A stretch of 63,539 nucleotides of DNA, counting the filler, from Rhabdomonas costata (Eukaryota), in NCBI GenBank assembly GCA_019059605.1. It is 48 parts of 48 records of this genome, joined end to end, with 100 filler letters (N's around TTAATTAATTAA, not from the genome) between each part and the next. Parts side by side here need not be neighbours in the genome. Positions count along the whole stretch, not along the records: positions 60,988 to 62,213 come from JAHMHO010022886.1; positions 62,314 to 63,539 come from JAHMHO010022887.1; 46 more parts are not named here. One strand, written 5' to 3'. A model generated the notes under the pieces. The model was given only the letters and a program-made list of their open reading frames with translations. It did not search any database and had not been told where the DNA came from. Shown here one piece after another: positions 61,901 to 63,539 of this stretch (position 1 is the stretch's first letter; each line of letters opens with the position of its first letter). A program made the translations under genes and the position numbers.

Positions 61901-63539
61901 GGACGAGCGCCCTTCAGACCTCCGCCACCTGAGTCTTAGCGCGACGTGACATAAGAGAGCGCGGAAAATATCGAGATGAGCGCTCCGAGCAGCGCGCAAC
62001 TACCCACAAATAGATTTCGAACGAGCCGCGCTCTTGACCGCTATAAGGAAAGAGACAGAATGGACTCACATGGATACCGAGTGGGAAGAGAAATAGAAAT
62101 ACCGCGAAACTGAAAATCTTGGAACGCGGTGGGGCTGGAGCCCAGCCGGACGAGGCCCACTCCGTGCTCAATCCGGGCATGGCCGGTGAGATAAAGTTCC
62201 CAAATCATCGAAANNNNNNNNNNNNNNNNNNNNNNNNNNNNNNNNNNNNNNNNNNNNTTAATTAATTAANNNNNNNNNNNNNNNNNNNNNNNNNNNNNNN
62301 NNNNNNNNNNNNNTGGGGGTTTGTTGGTAGCTTCAGCCCGAACTGCTCTGTTCCATTTCTTTTTCACCGCAGGCGTCATGGGGATGCCGTAAAACGAATC
62401 AGTGGCAAAGCACGCTTATGAACGGCATAGCAGGATTGGCCCTCTTTATTCGTCACTCCCCATCCTCCGAATGCTGGAAATGGCTCGGGGATGTTTCCTA
62501 TTTGTTGTTTGGTGAATATTCTCGTTCGTCGGCCTTCCTGCGGATCTTTTTCTTACCTTGCACCCCGAGGGGCCGCTTCCTACCCGCTCCAGAAACCTGT
62601 GCGTTGATAAGTTCTCGTCTCCCGTCCCCCTTTTCGTCAGTCCGTGCATTACTGACCGCAGTGCTCGGGAGAGGGCTGTTGTAATAATTGTATTTTGCAA
62701 TGCATTCTGCTCTGAGTCGTGTCGTCATCTCTGCCACCGCTGAATTTTCCGCACCAACTCCATCCCACCTCTCAATTCTCGCTGCCGCCTTTTCACCCAT
62801 CGATTATTATTGGTGATATCTTATCAGCTCATTATCGGTATTGCATTTCGTGGTGTCCCGCTGCTGATTTTGAGTGCTGCTGTTTTTGTGTGCTGATTTT
62901 TGATCGCTGCCAAACTCATTCTGAATACAGTCGCTGACCATCTTCGTGTGTTTGGTGGCAGGAAAGGGCACTTCTGTGGAGTTTTCTTTGCGTCCACTGT
63001 CGACCTTTGTCCCCAGTTTTTCCTCCCCAGTCCACCTGGCATCGCGTTCACATGGCTTGCAATGCAAAGCATTTTGGATCAAGCTGCCTGTTTTTTCTCC
63101 CTTATCGAACCCGTTCTCCGAACACGCATGGCCACACTCGGCTGCTTTGCACTGAGCTCCAGTAGCTGTTTGGAAAATGGCTGGCTTCCGCTTAAACTGT
63201 GGATGGGCTGGCTTTGTCACTCCGTTCATAGGAGATGGCGGTAGCTAGGTGGCTGATCAGAAGTGTACTCCTTCGCCAAGTTTTCCCTTCTTCACTGGTT
63301 TTCTTTGCGCTTTTTTTTTGCTCTCCAGGTTTCTATTGTACTTCGTGTTGGTGTGGGGTGTTAGGGGGGGTCGTGTGCGAGATCTCCCCCTCTGCGTCCT
63401 CCCCAAGAAAAGCAGATGTTACGGAATATCAGGGCCGTCCACGTCCTGAAGGCCGAGGTGCGCTTGCACTGTGCACTTGCTGCATGTCTGCATCGGTCGT
63501 CGGGTTGAATGCGTCCCCTACTCTTACCACAAACGCAAC

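Noticed and set aside
1230-62313. Regularly spaced TTAATTAATTAA units resembling a CRISPR array or repeat system
   Set aside because: Artificial six-frame-stop linkers embedded in N runs; ORFs ending in X...LIN are artefacts

Overview
This is not one locus. It is 48 unrelated ~1.2-kb contigs joined by 47 artificial linkers (N44-TTAATTAATTAA-N44), so nothing can be inferred across linkers. Most contigs start with a G/T-only run and end with an A/C-only run, typical of whole-genome-amplification primer remnants. Most DNA is from an intron-rich eukaryote (~50% GC, GT-AG introns, CA/GT microsatellites). The V-ATPase d fragment carries kinetoplastid-like signatures, which points to a euglenozoan, most likely a euglenid (inference). 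Recognisable spliced gene fragments: MetH, DEAD-box helicase, ARG1-like DnaJ, PKA regulatory subunit, OPR/RAP-type repeat protein, V-ATPase subunit d, ankyrin protein, M3 oligopeptidase, UBR4/BIG, FIBP, Kelch protein and LSm5. There are also decayed Ty3/Gypsy RT and integrase fragments and a possible hAT transposase relic. The standout is contig 23878-25104: ~20% GC, intronless, encoding part of a large DEAH/RHA helicase resembling the Mimivirus R366-type giant-virus family, i.e. an infecting or endogenised giant virus. The second most interesting item is a PKA-R whose nucleotide-binding cassette looks intermediate between the cAMP type and the trypanosomatid nucleoside type. All family assignments come from motif recognition from memory and were not database-verified.
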